This document shows positions 13,149 to 25,041 of a stretch of DNA of 64,000 nucleotides, piece after piece. This DNA is from Phaeosaccion multiseriatum (Eukaryota > Protista > Ochrophyta, other classes), in NCBI GenBank assembly GCA_965112735.1, contig OZ218952.1, positions 3,782,001 through 3,846,000 of the forward strand, in the 5' to 3' direction. The notes beneath the pieces were generated by a model. The model did no database searches, was not told the DNA's origin, and worked only from the letters and a program-made list of their open reading frames with translations. The translations under genes and the position numbers were made by a program. How positions within the stretch are numbered: position 1 is the stretch's first letter; the number at the start of each line of letters is the position of its first letter.

Positions 13149-14652
13149 CTATTGCGCCGATTCAGACTCTGCTTCCTGCCGCTCCTGCTGTTGCTCTTGG
13201 CTTAGGCTTCGTATGCGGAGGAGCACCAGCCAAGCCCTACGCTTCCATGCTGGAAAGAGTTATGTGAGGAGGGTAACGGAGGCGGGAGGGTGAGGAGGAG
13301 CAGGAGCAGCAGCAGGAGGAGGAGGTGGTGGTGGGGGAGGAGGAGGACGAGAAGGAATGGAAGTAGTAGTAGTAGCAGAAGGAGGAGGACGAGAAGGAAT
13401 AGAAATAGTAGTAGTAGTAGCAGAAGGAGGAGGACGAGAAGGAATGGAAGTAGTAGTAGTAGCAGGAGGAGGAGGACGAGAAGGAATGGAAGTAGTAGTA
13501 GTAGCAGAAGGAGGAGGCGTAAAGCTTGCGCCCAGAGGATTGCCTCATGCGACACGACCCGCGTAAACCAAAGCACCAACACGCCAGACGGAGGTCCAGG
13601 CAAGCCTGGGTAGATATGTACAAGTGTATCTCGCACCATCGCTCGCTTCTAACCCCATTGGCCCCACCTTTTCCCTCATAGGGACAACCCCTCGACAGAT
13701 GGACGGCCGTACATTCGACCTTCCAACAATGACGTCACTCACCCGCGTGAGAGCGCAAAAGGCGCACGACTTGCGCAATGCGTTGGTCCTTCTTCGCCGC
13801 CCCTGTGATTGTCACAAGCGTTCCCTGGGAAACGTCCACTGCGCCCCTCTCCAGCAGCAGGGTGACGCTGGCGACCTCACCGATCAGTGCGGCCCGCTCC
13901 AGTGCTGTCTTGCCTTCCATCGGGTCGCGCTCGTTCACGTCGGTACCTCTTGACAAGAGTGCCTGCTCCCACATACAATGATGAAAGGAAGGGAGGAGGA
14001 GAAGGAGGAGGGTGAGACCACCATTGCTTCCTCTACTTCTTATCGTAACAAAGGCACAAAATATAATCCTGCGCACCTTTAGTGTCCCATGCGAGCCCCT
14101 TGTGGCCGCCCACCCAAGGGCAGTGTAGCCGTTGTCGCTGCTGGACCAAGGAGCAAGCCAAGGAGGCACGACACCGTAGCGTGCACAGAGACAGGAAAGG
14201 GAACGATGTTAAGGCGGTAAAAAGCAGAGTCTGAGACGCAAGTCAGTAGCGCAAGTCGTCAAATGCCATCATCTGAGCCCATCAAAGCGCTATAATCTGA
14301 GGACACCCACATACACAAACATGCACACACACACATACACACACGCACGCACACCCACCCACCCACCCACAACACACGCGCGTGCGTGCGCGCGGAGAGT
14401 CATACCTGGCAGCAGGGCCTTGGGTTTGGCCTGCTTGGGTTTGCCCCCTGTGGTCAAGGAGGAGGTGGAGCATGTCGACATTGTTGTTCCTCGCCGCCCA
14501 CATCACCGGGGAGACGCCCCAGCAGTCCGCAACTCTTGGGTCATCCACCGCCTGTGTCGGTAAGTGAGTTGCAGGATGGATGTGGTGAATGTGTGAGTGG
14601 AATGAACAGATGGACGGGAGGGCGACAAAGGTGCCTATTTCGAGTGAAGCTT

Positions 14653-14728
<76 letters not shown>

Positions 14729-15383
14729 GCAAAGTCCATCGGACGGGACCGAACCTTCGCACTTGGGTGAGTAACTCAAATGAACCGCATCCCACCCACG
14801 CACCACTACGCACCTCGCCCCTGCACAGCAGGACCTTAACGACCTCCAGGTGGGCTCTCTTGACGGCAACAACCAGCATGCTGTTCCCGTCCGTGTGCTC
14901 GCTCCTGGGGTTCGCGCCTAAGGGAACAGGGAAGCAGCGTCTCATGACTAGAAACAAAGACATGTGTTTATGCTCGAGCCACTCACCATGATGCAGTAGG
15001 GTCTCAACCACCGCGGCATGCCCATAGTACACGGCCATGCTCAGCGAGGTGCAGCCAAAATTGTCTGCCCCATTCACACCTTCATATACGGCCATACTCA
15101 GCGAGAGGCCTTCCTTCATCCCTTGCAGCTCGGACCCTTGGAGCGGAGCCTGCACCCCGGCATCCGCTCCTTCTCCTGCCTCCCCTCCTCCTCCTCTTGC
15201 TCCTTGATCCAGGAGGAGTTTGATGATATCCGTGTGGCCCCGGATGGCGGCCCAAATGAGAGGGCTTCTGCCCATATCATTGGAGTCGCCAAAGAAGGGG
15301 TCAGCCCCACCCGCGAGGAGCTTTGCGACAGCGGCTGAGTCGCCCCGGGCACTGGCTGCACACAGAGGCGTTATCCTACCCAT
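13149..15383 (-). CDS. Ankyrin-repeat protein (multi-exon)
   Basis: Ankyrin consensus in successive exons (TPLCAASARGD, SPLIWAAIRGH, TSLSMAVYYGH, SPVMWAARNNN, TALGWAATRGS, TALERAALIG). A phase-1 splice from ...RSHA G|gtgagt (about 13742) to the last exon AWKRRAWLVLLRIRS...AQ* gives a stop at 13149. Confidence 0.85.
13325..13518 (+). repeat. Intronic minisatellite, about 4-5 copies of a 42-45 bp unit (GAGGAGGAGGACGAGAAGGAATGGAA(GTA)nGCAG)
   Basis: Tandem units directly visible; lies in the last intron of the ankyrin gene. Confidence 0.9.
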
Positions 15384-15638
15384 TTCCAACCTCTGTGCCA
15401 CGTCTGTGTTTGAAGGAGTTACTGAGGTTGCTGATTGATATATTTCACCGCCCCGAAATCCCCCCCCCCCCCCCCGTCGAGTTTGCTGAAAAGGAAAAGT
15501 AAGGATCTTCACGCGTTGTTGCACGATGACGCATTTCACAGATGGGTTGGCGCACCAAGAGAGTGTCTCAAGGGCAAAAGGATGAGGAATCCGTAGGAAC
15601 GGGGGCTGAGGCGGGCAAGAGAGGGAGGCCTGGCGGCT

Positions 15639-17491
15639 ATGGGCGGTGTGGGCAGGGCAGTGCGACCTGTGGTGCGAGCCATCCGACTGCAGAACAGACA
15701 CATCTTCGACCAGTTGTGCATAGAGGAGGCGCTCTTTTACAAGACCAAGGGAAGCTGGTAAGTTGGCTGAGGCGCTCGTTCGTTCAATACACTTCATGTG
15801 CTCGCTTAAGGGGCGGCTGATGGAGACTGTGGCAAGCTCTGAAAGTATACATGCTCTTTCTGTATCTCTTTCAACACCCACGCAGGCTCGTGTTCAACGA
15901 AGGCAGCAAGGCTCACCCCCCTGCTATAGTTCTCGGTATCTCGGGCAAGCCTCACAAGCTCTGCAACTTGGACTTGGTGAAGGAAGATGCGGTGCCCCTC
16001 ATAAAGCGCTTCTCGGGGGGAGGTACGATGGTGCTGAACCTTCCGTTCCGCGGCCAGGCCGCAGATCAACTAATCTTGGTGTTTGTATTTGTTGTTGCTG
16101 TTTGCTGTCGTTTGTGATGCTAACGGACCAATGCAGGCACGGTAGTTGTGGACGACCAGACTCTATTCTGCACCATCATCATGGACGAAAGTGACCTCCC
16201 GGAGTGCAAACCCTACCCCCGAGAGATCATGGAGTGGACCACGTGAGTGCGTGCGTGCATGGGGGAGTGAAGGATGGCCAGTGCGTGAGGGAGCACGGGG
16301 GTGCTGCTTACACGCGAAATGGGATGAAACGAGGGGCGCTTCGCAGGAAGGCACGCGGGAAGCTCTTGCGGCCGTCCGGCGTGTCTTCTCACTCGTCTTG
16401 TGCTCTGCATTTCCCCTGACAGAAAGGTTTATGGCCCGGCCTTCTCAAACCTTGTCACCAAAAGCGACGCTCAGTTCGGGCTGCGCGAGAATGACTACGT
16501 ATTCGGTACGAGGAAATGGGGGGGGGGGGGGGTGAGATCCGCGCTCTCACACAACATATCCCTCCTCTGTCTTGCCCCCCCATCCGGGCGGCTTGATACA
16601 GCAGAAACGCGCTTTTCTCTCTCCACCCTTGTCCATTCCCTTGCACCCGATCGATCGTGTTCATTTCATCCCTCCCCACGCACACACACACGTCGGCTCA
16701 TACACCCCCACCTTGCCAACACATGATGAAGGGAAGCACAAGTTCGCGGGCAACGCTCAGGCCATCTCTCGCGGCCGCTGGCTGCACCACACCTCCTTCC
16801 TGTGGAGCTGGAGTGAGCGCGCGATGGCCTATCTGTCCCTGCCGGAGAAGCGGCCCGACTATCGGGGAGACAGAGAGCACTCCTCCTTTCTGTGCCCACT
16901 CAAAGATCACGTCGGAGAGCGGACGCGCTTCTGGCCAGAGGTCGTGGCGGGCTTAGGGAGCGCCGGGTGAGTAAGGGAGGGGGGGAGAGAGGGAGGGAGT
17001 GAGTGAGTGAGTGAGTGAGTGAGTGAGTGAGTGAGTGGATGAGTGAGCGAGTGGATGAGTGAGTGAGCGAGTGGATGAGTGAGTGCGTCAGTGCGTGACG
17101 GAGTGAGGGAGTGGGGGGGGGGGGGGGGGAGGGCAGCATTGGCAGTGGTTTGGGATACCGCGTGATGGAGGACATTGACATGAGAGAAAACAAAGCGAAG
17201 TGGCTTGCTCTCGTCATTCGCTGCGAATTATTAATTTGCGTGGTGGAAAGTGCGAAGGAATGGTGTGAAGCACAACATGTGACGCTACTACGCCCCCTAC
17301 CCCGATCCCTTACCATTCTCTACAGATTCGATGTAGAGGAGGTGGGGATGGGTGAGGTGGAGGAGCTCATGGAAGAGTTGGGAGGCTGGGCCAAGTGGAG
17401 TGCTTCTTGCCGCACCAAGTTTATTGATGCACACGCCAAGACCATCCCACAACCGACGACGGAAGCTGTCACTGAAGCTGCAGAGCGCTGA
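15639..17491 (+). CDS. lplA: Lipoate-protein ligase A-like protein (BPL/LplA/LipB family), multi-exon
   Basis: IFDQLCIEEALF, IVLGISGKP, IKRFSGGG|TVVVD, YPREIMEWT, RENDYVFG, KFAGNAQAISRGRWLHHTSFLW, PDYRGDREHSSFL, all typical of short eukaryotic LplA. Last exon 17326-17491. Confidence 0.88.
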
Positions 17492-17905
17492 GGTGTGTGT
17501 GATACAGCACACCATACAGAGGAGGAGGAGACCAAACTCACAAGAAAATGCCTTCCGCTGTGGGGGGGCGGGGGCAAGCAAGCGGCGATGACGCCCAGGA
17601 GCACGTGCATGATGTTCATGATGGTGAGAGTTCGAGCGAGACGAGACCTTTGTCTTGCAAGAGGGGAAGTTGTGATTTGCACATGGAGAGGGCATGTATC
17701 CTGTCGTCTACGACGGGTTTTTTTTTTTTGACAAGGGCTCGAAGGCATCGGGTAGAAGGCATCGGGCCGGAGATTTGGAGGGGCTTCGGAGCTGGCGTGT
17801 TTTGGGGGCATTTTAGGGCGGCAAGCATGGCTGTGGAGGAACTCCCAGCCAGTCGGAGCCACTGGGACGCTGTCTGCCGCTAGTGATGAGGGTCTGACCC
17901 TCTTC
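17321..17905 (+). repeat. Copy 1 of an inverted duplication (partners 60940-61170 and 59404-59626)
   Basis: The reverse complement of 17321-17583 aligns to 60940-61170, and that of 17583-17905 aligns to 59404-59626, with high identity apart from indels. Confidence 0.93.
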
Positions 17906-18812
17906 TGCAGCAAAAACCAGGGTGGTCACACGCTCCAAAATTTGACCTTCAAGTACTACTGTAGTAGAGAGCCAGGGAGGGAAAAGGGGGAGAGGGAGTA
18001 GAGCTGCAGGACAGGGCAGCATACTCAGAGATCGCCTGCGTGGCCTACTTTAGGGGGTCCGCAACACAGCGGGAGATCATGACTCTCCAGGAGGCCGAGG
18101 CCGAAGCGGCAAGCAGCAGCGCACCCACCAAGCGCTCTGTGCGCTTCCGTAGCTAAGCAAGCAGACAACAACAAGCGCAGAGCCGGAAGCGGCAAGCAGC
18201 AGCGCCGTTATGAAGCCTCCCCTCCCCCCCTCCGGCCGAGTAGACGCCCTGTGGACTGTGGCGGCCGTCTTTGGCATCTGATCTGCGCTCTCCTGCAGCA
18301 CGGCCCACCGTGCAGTACCATGCTGGTAACTCTAACCCTATGACCCACATGAGAAGGAAGGCTCCCCGAACGCCTATGGTCCTTCAACGGTGGTGGGCCC
18401 CAAGTCTCCAGAAGCTCCGACGTATCAACACGCGTATCTGCCTCGGGCTTCGTCCCTCACTGTAAGACTTCAACTCAGACACACGGGGTAAAGCGCCCCT
18501 TCGTGCTGTATCACCAACCCTGATACTTGCTTGCGCCCCCCTCCCAGCCTGGCAATGCCATATCAGCGTGTGTGTCAGCATCCTCCCTCCTCTTCTTTTT
18601 CCTCCCCGCTTTGCGTCTTGGACATCCCGTCATCGCCCTGCCGTATGGCTTGCCGTGTGGCTTGCCGTGTGGCTTCTGTGCTGGCTGCTCCTCGCACGGT
18701 ACCGTCGTGCTTGCGGTACCACCAACGACTGCTGTGTCGCGTCTATCCCTATCCCATTCGATCCCTCTCATCGGCGCGGGCACCCAAAAGACTTGGGCCA
18801 GTACAAGCAACC

Positions 18813-21216
18813 TCACCCTCCTTGGCCCCCTTGCAACACCTCCTGCAGGGCCTGCTTGGACATATCAAGCACCTGTGGAAAGTCGCAATGGTTACAGCAG
18901 CCGAAGCCCAGGGCCTCGTTGGCCAGCTTGAGCTTGCTGATGCGAGGACTGCGCACTCCACACGCAAACCTCGCCAACAGGTAGGCGCAATCTGTGGGGA
19001 GGAGTGACTTTCCCTTCTTCTCCTCCTCATTCGACAACAAGGGGGTCGAAAGGGGTGGCAGCAAAAGCAGCTTTCGAACCTCGTCAAAGGCTTGCAGGGT
19101 CTCCTCAGGCGAGGGTGTAACGAGAGGTGGCCACCTCTCTTCCTTATCGTCTGCCACACTCACCCCCCCACCCCCTACCCCTCTCGCCTCTGTCGCCTCT
19201 CGCCGCCTTCTCTCGCGGTGATCGGCCCCAGCGGCGGTCAACGACTCGAGCGAGTCGCCAAAGTAAAGCGACAGGTCCTGCGCGATGCTGCTGTCCCCAG
19301 ACGCTCCCGAGGCGAATGCCGCTGCTGCTACTGATAGCCCCACAGGGTTGCTGCTGCTGCTGCTGCTGCTTGGCGTGTTGGCATCTGCGGTGGTGATGCG
19401 TTGCTGCTGCAGGAGCTGCAGCACGTCGTGGAGCCTTCCAATCTCTTGGCGCTCAAACAACAACGCTCTCTCGTACATGTCACGAGCGACTTCCGACAGG
19501 GGTTTAGTGGGGTAGTTGATGATCTGGGGGGAGGGAGGGAGGGAGGGAGGGAGTGAATGAGCGAATGAGAGAGAGCGCATCCAGAGTTAGAGCCCACCGA
19601 TGAATGATAGGAGCGGGTGGGACACAAGGTCAAGAAGACGGCAAAGTTATCATCGCACGTTCTCTTGTTCATCGCGTTTGCATACATATGCGTACGGCTC
19701 ACCTGGAAGCGGGACCTTCTCTTCCCCACCTGTCCTGCCGTGACTAAGCCTCTCTCCACCAAAGACTGCGAACGCAAGAGAGAGTAGTGGTAGAGGTGCA
19801 CAATTCATTAGTACATACATGCAATGATGTGCAAGGACCCTCACAGGGGAAAGGGTCTGTGAAAGTCTAGAAATTCGAAGAGTAGGGTGGAGGCCACAAT
19901 GCCGACTGCTGCGGGTTGACTGACTCACGCTGATTGCCCCAGCCACCGCAGCCTTGCTCACACGCAGCGCCTCTGCTGTGGCCTTGACGTCAACCTCTGC
20001 CCATTTGGCATTCTTCCTCTTGCCCTCCAGGAACTGGGCTATGCCACCGAGTATGTAGGCCTCTCTGGAGGGTGGATGGCAGTGAATGGCAGTGGATGGG
20101 GTGGGGGGAGGGGGGGGGGGTGTTGTGATTGGGGTGCGGATGGATGGATAGAAGGTAGGTGATTGTGATACGCGGACGGAGCAAAGAGAGAGAATGACAG
20201 AGAGAAGAGAAAACAAGAGAGAATGACAGAGAGGAAAAGCGAGAAAGAGAGAGAAAGCGAGAAGGAGAGTTAGAGAGAGTGCACTTACGCCTTGGTGAGT
20301 CTGGACGGGTCTCGCTCGTCCTGCTGAGACAAGGCAATGAGCGTGTCGCTCGGACTGGGACCGTCGGGTGACAGCGCCACCTGATGACAGTTACATTTAC
20401 ATGTGGCACACATGCACACAGAGACACACGGGGCCAACAACAGAGATGCAGATTATGTGTAAATATTAGAAAAGACAAACATACAGTCAGACATACATTC
20501 AGACAGACAGACAGAAAGGCAGGCAGACAGACAGACAGACAGACGCACTCCCCAGCTGCTGGGTATTGGAGTCTTGATTGGGCGCTGTTGCATGGCCTAC
20601 CTACCCTAATCCAACACACGGGCCTTGGGGGTGTGGGTATGGGTATGAGCATGGCATACGGGGGGGGGGGGGGGGTATAGAACTAAGGTGAGTGCTGAGC
20701 ATACCCCACATACCTTGTGTGTCATGAAGTAGGAGGTACCCTCTCGGATGCAGCCCTGCTCCTGCTCCTGCCCATATGCCTGCCCCTCGAGCTGTGCGAG
20801 TAGAGTGTGCACCACGATGTCCTTCACATCGAGCTCCTGTAGGAAGAGGGGGGCGCACGCACGCACAAACACACAGACACAAATACACACAGACACAGAC
20901 AGACACACATATACGCACGCACAGACACACAGACACACATATACACACATACGTACGCACACGCACACACGCACACACACGCACGCACACACACACACAC
21001 ATATGCACGCACACACACACGCACCCGAGAGAGACAGGTATGGGTAGAGATAAGACAGTGGGGGGTGGGGCGGAATCACAGCGGGCGGCAAGAGGCGCGT
21101 CACGAGGAGGGCGACTGGTAGGGCGGGGTGATGCGTGCGATGGAGCAATGGCAGGTATATGGGGAGGCTGGAGGGGAGGCGGACAGGCAGGCAGGCAGGC
21201 AGGCAGACAGGCAGGT

Positions 21217-21247
<31 letters not shown>

Positions 21248-21790
21248 TGGGCCTCAGAGAAACTTGCCCCGCAAACAATGCTTTCCTTTACTTGACTCAC
21301 CACTCACCTGAGACAAATCATAGAGAGACACGTCCACTTCCCTTGCCTCCTCTTCCTCCTCTTCCTCCTCTTCCTCCCCCTGCCCCGGACCCTCCTTGTC
21401 CCCCCCCCCCCGCGCGCCAAAGACCGTTTGCACAAGCCTAGAGACGGCCTTGGGGGAGGGCGTTTTGCTGTAAATGAGGCCCTTGAGCACAGGCACGTCT
21501 GCGTTGGACACAAGCGCGTCGCACACGGAGGGTAGTCCATCCCGCCCGGCCCGCCCCACCTCCTGCGCGTATGCCTCCACGCTGCGGGGCATGTTAAAGT
21601 GGTACACATATCTGCCATCCAATGCCATTTGTGAGTGAGTGTGGAGTCGGGGTGGGGGGTGAATGTGGGGGTGGGGTGCTACGTTAGGGTGAGCGGCCTT
21701 TTGGATTGTCTGGCCCTCCAATTTACGTACAGTACTTAAGATACATACATACATACGTACCTGCTTCCTTCATCAACCATACATACATAC

Positions 21791-21821
<31 letters not shown>

Positions 21822-22324
21822 CATACATACATACATACATACATACATACATAAAGACAGACCGACAGACACTCAGTCTGAAACGCAGGACCCGAACAAC
21901 CAATACAACGCCATTTCCGCCCCGTGCGTCCGTCGGTCAGGTCATCCACACACACACGCACACACACACAAACACAAGCACGCATGCACGCACACACACA
22001 CGCAAGCACGCACCTAATATCGCTCTTATCGATCCCCATCCCGAACGCCACCGTCCCTACCACCACGGGAGGGCGAACATGAAGGCGGTCCTCCTGGTGC
22101 TCTGCATCACCAACTTGCCCACCATCTTGCCCCCCCACCATGAACCACTCCTGCACGTCCTCTCTCGCCTCTGCCCCGAGCCCTGCATGGTAGGGTCGTG
22201 CGTTGATGCCCTCTCTCACCAAAGCCTCCGCAACCTTCATCGCAGTTGCCTGGAGCGTTACATAAACGATGGTGGGCCCGCCTCCGCCTCCTCCTCCTCT
22301 TCCTCCTCCTCCGGCTCCTGCTCG

Positions 22325-22357
<33 letters not shown>

Positions 22358-23874
22358 ACTGGCCTTGATTTTCTGTGTGAGGAGCTTCACTCGCTGGTCG
22401 AAGTCAGTGGGAGCCACAGAGGCTGTGAGGTGGAGGTTGGAGCGGTACAGGGGGGTGCGTACGATGTTCCCAGGGGGGATACGCAGGCGCTCCAGCACGT
22501 CCTGAAATTAAGTCAGAAACCAGGGTCAGTAAGTTAGTGAGGACAGTGAGTTAGTAAGCACAGTCAGTCAGTCAGTGACCACCCGAGAGAGTGCGGCATT
22601 AATGAGAGAGACAGAGAATGGATGAGAAAGAGTTGGAGCGTTGAGATGAACACGAGGGAGCAGGAGGATAGAGGACGCGGGGTGAGTGAGTGTGTGTGTG
22701 TGTGAGAGAGAGAGAGAACAGACTACGCGCATTGCGTGACACCTTCCTTCCATGACTTACGTTGGCAACTCTGTCGGTGGCGGTGGCTGTCAGCGCCAGT
22801 CTCCGCGTGGCGCGTGCCTCGTCAGCGAAGCTCAGCAGGCGGAGATAGTCGGGGCGGAAACTGTGGCCCCACTCTGATATGCAATGGGCCTCGTCCACGA
22901 CAAAGAGGGCCACCTTTGTCGTATATAGTGCGGTGTGGTGGGATTGTTGAGTGGTGTGGTGTGATTGTGGCGACAGAGAGTGGTGTGGTGTGGTGTGGGT
23001 GCCAGGACAAAGGATCAAGGTAGGATGGGTTTGCTAGTCATCACATCCGCCGTGGCCGATGCCGATATTAGGACAATAATTGGTCCATGTGCTCTGTTTC
23101 TGTGCAATCTTCTTGCAACCGCCGGGGGAAAGGAGGAAGGGGAGGGGTGGGGAGGGGCGGGATGTGGTACAACAAAGCCGGACCTCTTTGATGATAGGGC
23201 AACCACCACATGGCACTGGATGGCGCATGCTCTTACCCGGAGGGCGGACAGCAGGCGTACGAAGCGCTCGTTGTGGAAGCGCTCAGGCGCGACGAAGAGG
23301 ATGGTCACTTCGCCCTTCCTGGACGCGTGAGGCAGGGGGGGGAGGCAGACGGGATTTGAGATTTGAGCATCGTCGGGTCCTTGTTGATTGTGTTGCTTTT
23401 GTTTTGCGTTGATTCTTCCTTCCTTCTTCATGTTATTGCTCTTCATCCTGCCTCGGGCCTGAAGAACAAAAAATAGGGGCGTTGTCCGTGGGAGGCGGAA
23501 TGAAACGACGCGAGTTACAGTGCGAGGAGCAACTGCGGGCCCCAAAGGGCTCGCCAAGAACGGGGGTATAGTAAGGGAGGGGACGACCGCCCTTTCTTGA
23601 CTGTTGTTGTCTCAGACAAAACGGAAGCGTTTCTCGTCCGCTGTGTGCACGCTCGCTCACTCACCTCAAGCTCTCGAAGAGGGCGCGTATCTCGTGCGCG
23701 TCTAAGGAGGAGTCCATCCTCGCGCTGGACACCCCCTTGGCCTGGTGAGTGGCATGAGGCCAAGCAAACGGTGGTTGAAAGAGCAAATCGAAGAGTTCCC
23801 GGAGTGGGCATATGCATGCGTGTGTGTGTGTTGTGTGTGTGTGTGTGTGTGTTCGTGTGTGTGTTTGCGTGTGT

Positions 23875-23928
<54 letters not shown>

Positions 23929-24772
23929 GTGTGTGTGCGCGCGAGTGTGCGTGTATGTATGTGTGCGTGTGTGTGCTCTCGTGAGCGCGCACCTGGAGAG
24001 CGTCCACTTGGTCCTTCATGAGGGAGATGAGGGGCGATACTACGATGGTCATCCCCTTCCCTCTCCTCTCCAGCACGATGGCCGGCAGCTGGTAGCACAG
24101 AGACTTGCCTGCGCCTGTGGGAAACACCGCACATGCAGATTGCCCCTCTGCCCACAGACGGTTGCCGGTACGGGGGTCGATCGGCACTGTTGTGCGTCCG
24201 AGGAGGAGGAGGAGGAGGAGGGAAGAGCAGACTGGGGTTGAGCACACGAGTGGAGAGGAGATAGAGAGGAAGGAGGAATGCATGACTGGGCCAAGAGGAA
24301 AGGATGGGGGGATATCTACACTTGTACACTCGCCTGGTCCCGGCTCTTGTAGCAAGGTCTGGATTACTCGCTTCTGTCCGGCCCGCCACTCTGTGTGCCC
24401 AAACACCGTTCGGAGCAGGTCATCCATGACGACATGGTCCTGCTGCTGGTCAAAGGCAGGGTCGTGAGCAGCGATGGCAGAGATTCCACTCTGGTCTTCT
24501 TGGTCTGACTCCTGTTCCTGGGAGAACAGCTTCACACGTCCTGCTGTCCTACTATCAGTCGTAGTCATCCCTCGCAGACTATGACACCGGTGCAGCCGGT
24601 AAAGGCATTGCAGCTCTTGACCGTCACACGCGTGTCCCAAAGGCTTCTGGGCATACGACCGGGATCCCTGAATGACCAAAAGTGGGGCTTGAAAGGAGCT
24701 CACCAAAGGCAAGTACAGATATTCCACAAGGATGACTCCGACCGATCTCCTTAGCGAGGATAAGAGCTGCAT
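18813..24772 (-). CDS. recQ: RecQ-family ATP-dependent DNA helicase (multi-exon)
   Basis: Motif 0 [26 protein letters not shown], Ia [78 protein letters not shown]; C-terminal [11 protein letters not shown]. The start may be ATG 24772 or 24568, and an extra 3' exon near 18520-18735 is possible. Confidence 0.92.
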
Positions 24773-25041
24773 TGCTGCATGTCCCCCTCTTCTCAGATCC
24801 AGACACTCATGGGGAGCTTGGCAACGACAGCGGTAGAGCTCGAGGGGAAGCAAGGGAAATAAGAGGGAGAAAAAAAAGCTGAGAAGGCTTCCCCGCCATC
24901 TGTGACTTTCGTGTAACCAACACGTGAGCTTCGACTTGGCCTTCTCCTCCTCTTCCCCTTCCCTTCCTCATTCTTCTCCTTAACTTCTTCCTTGTATCAT
25001 CTCGCTACCAGTACGATGGCATAACGGGCCTGCATCAGATT

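Noticed and set aside
13202-13639. Hydrophobic or Tyr-rich small ORFs
   Set aside because: They derive from an intronic minisatellite of the ankyrin gene.
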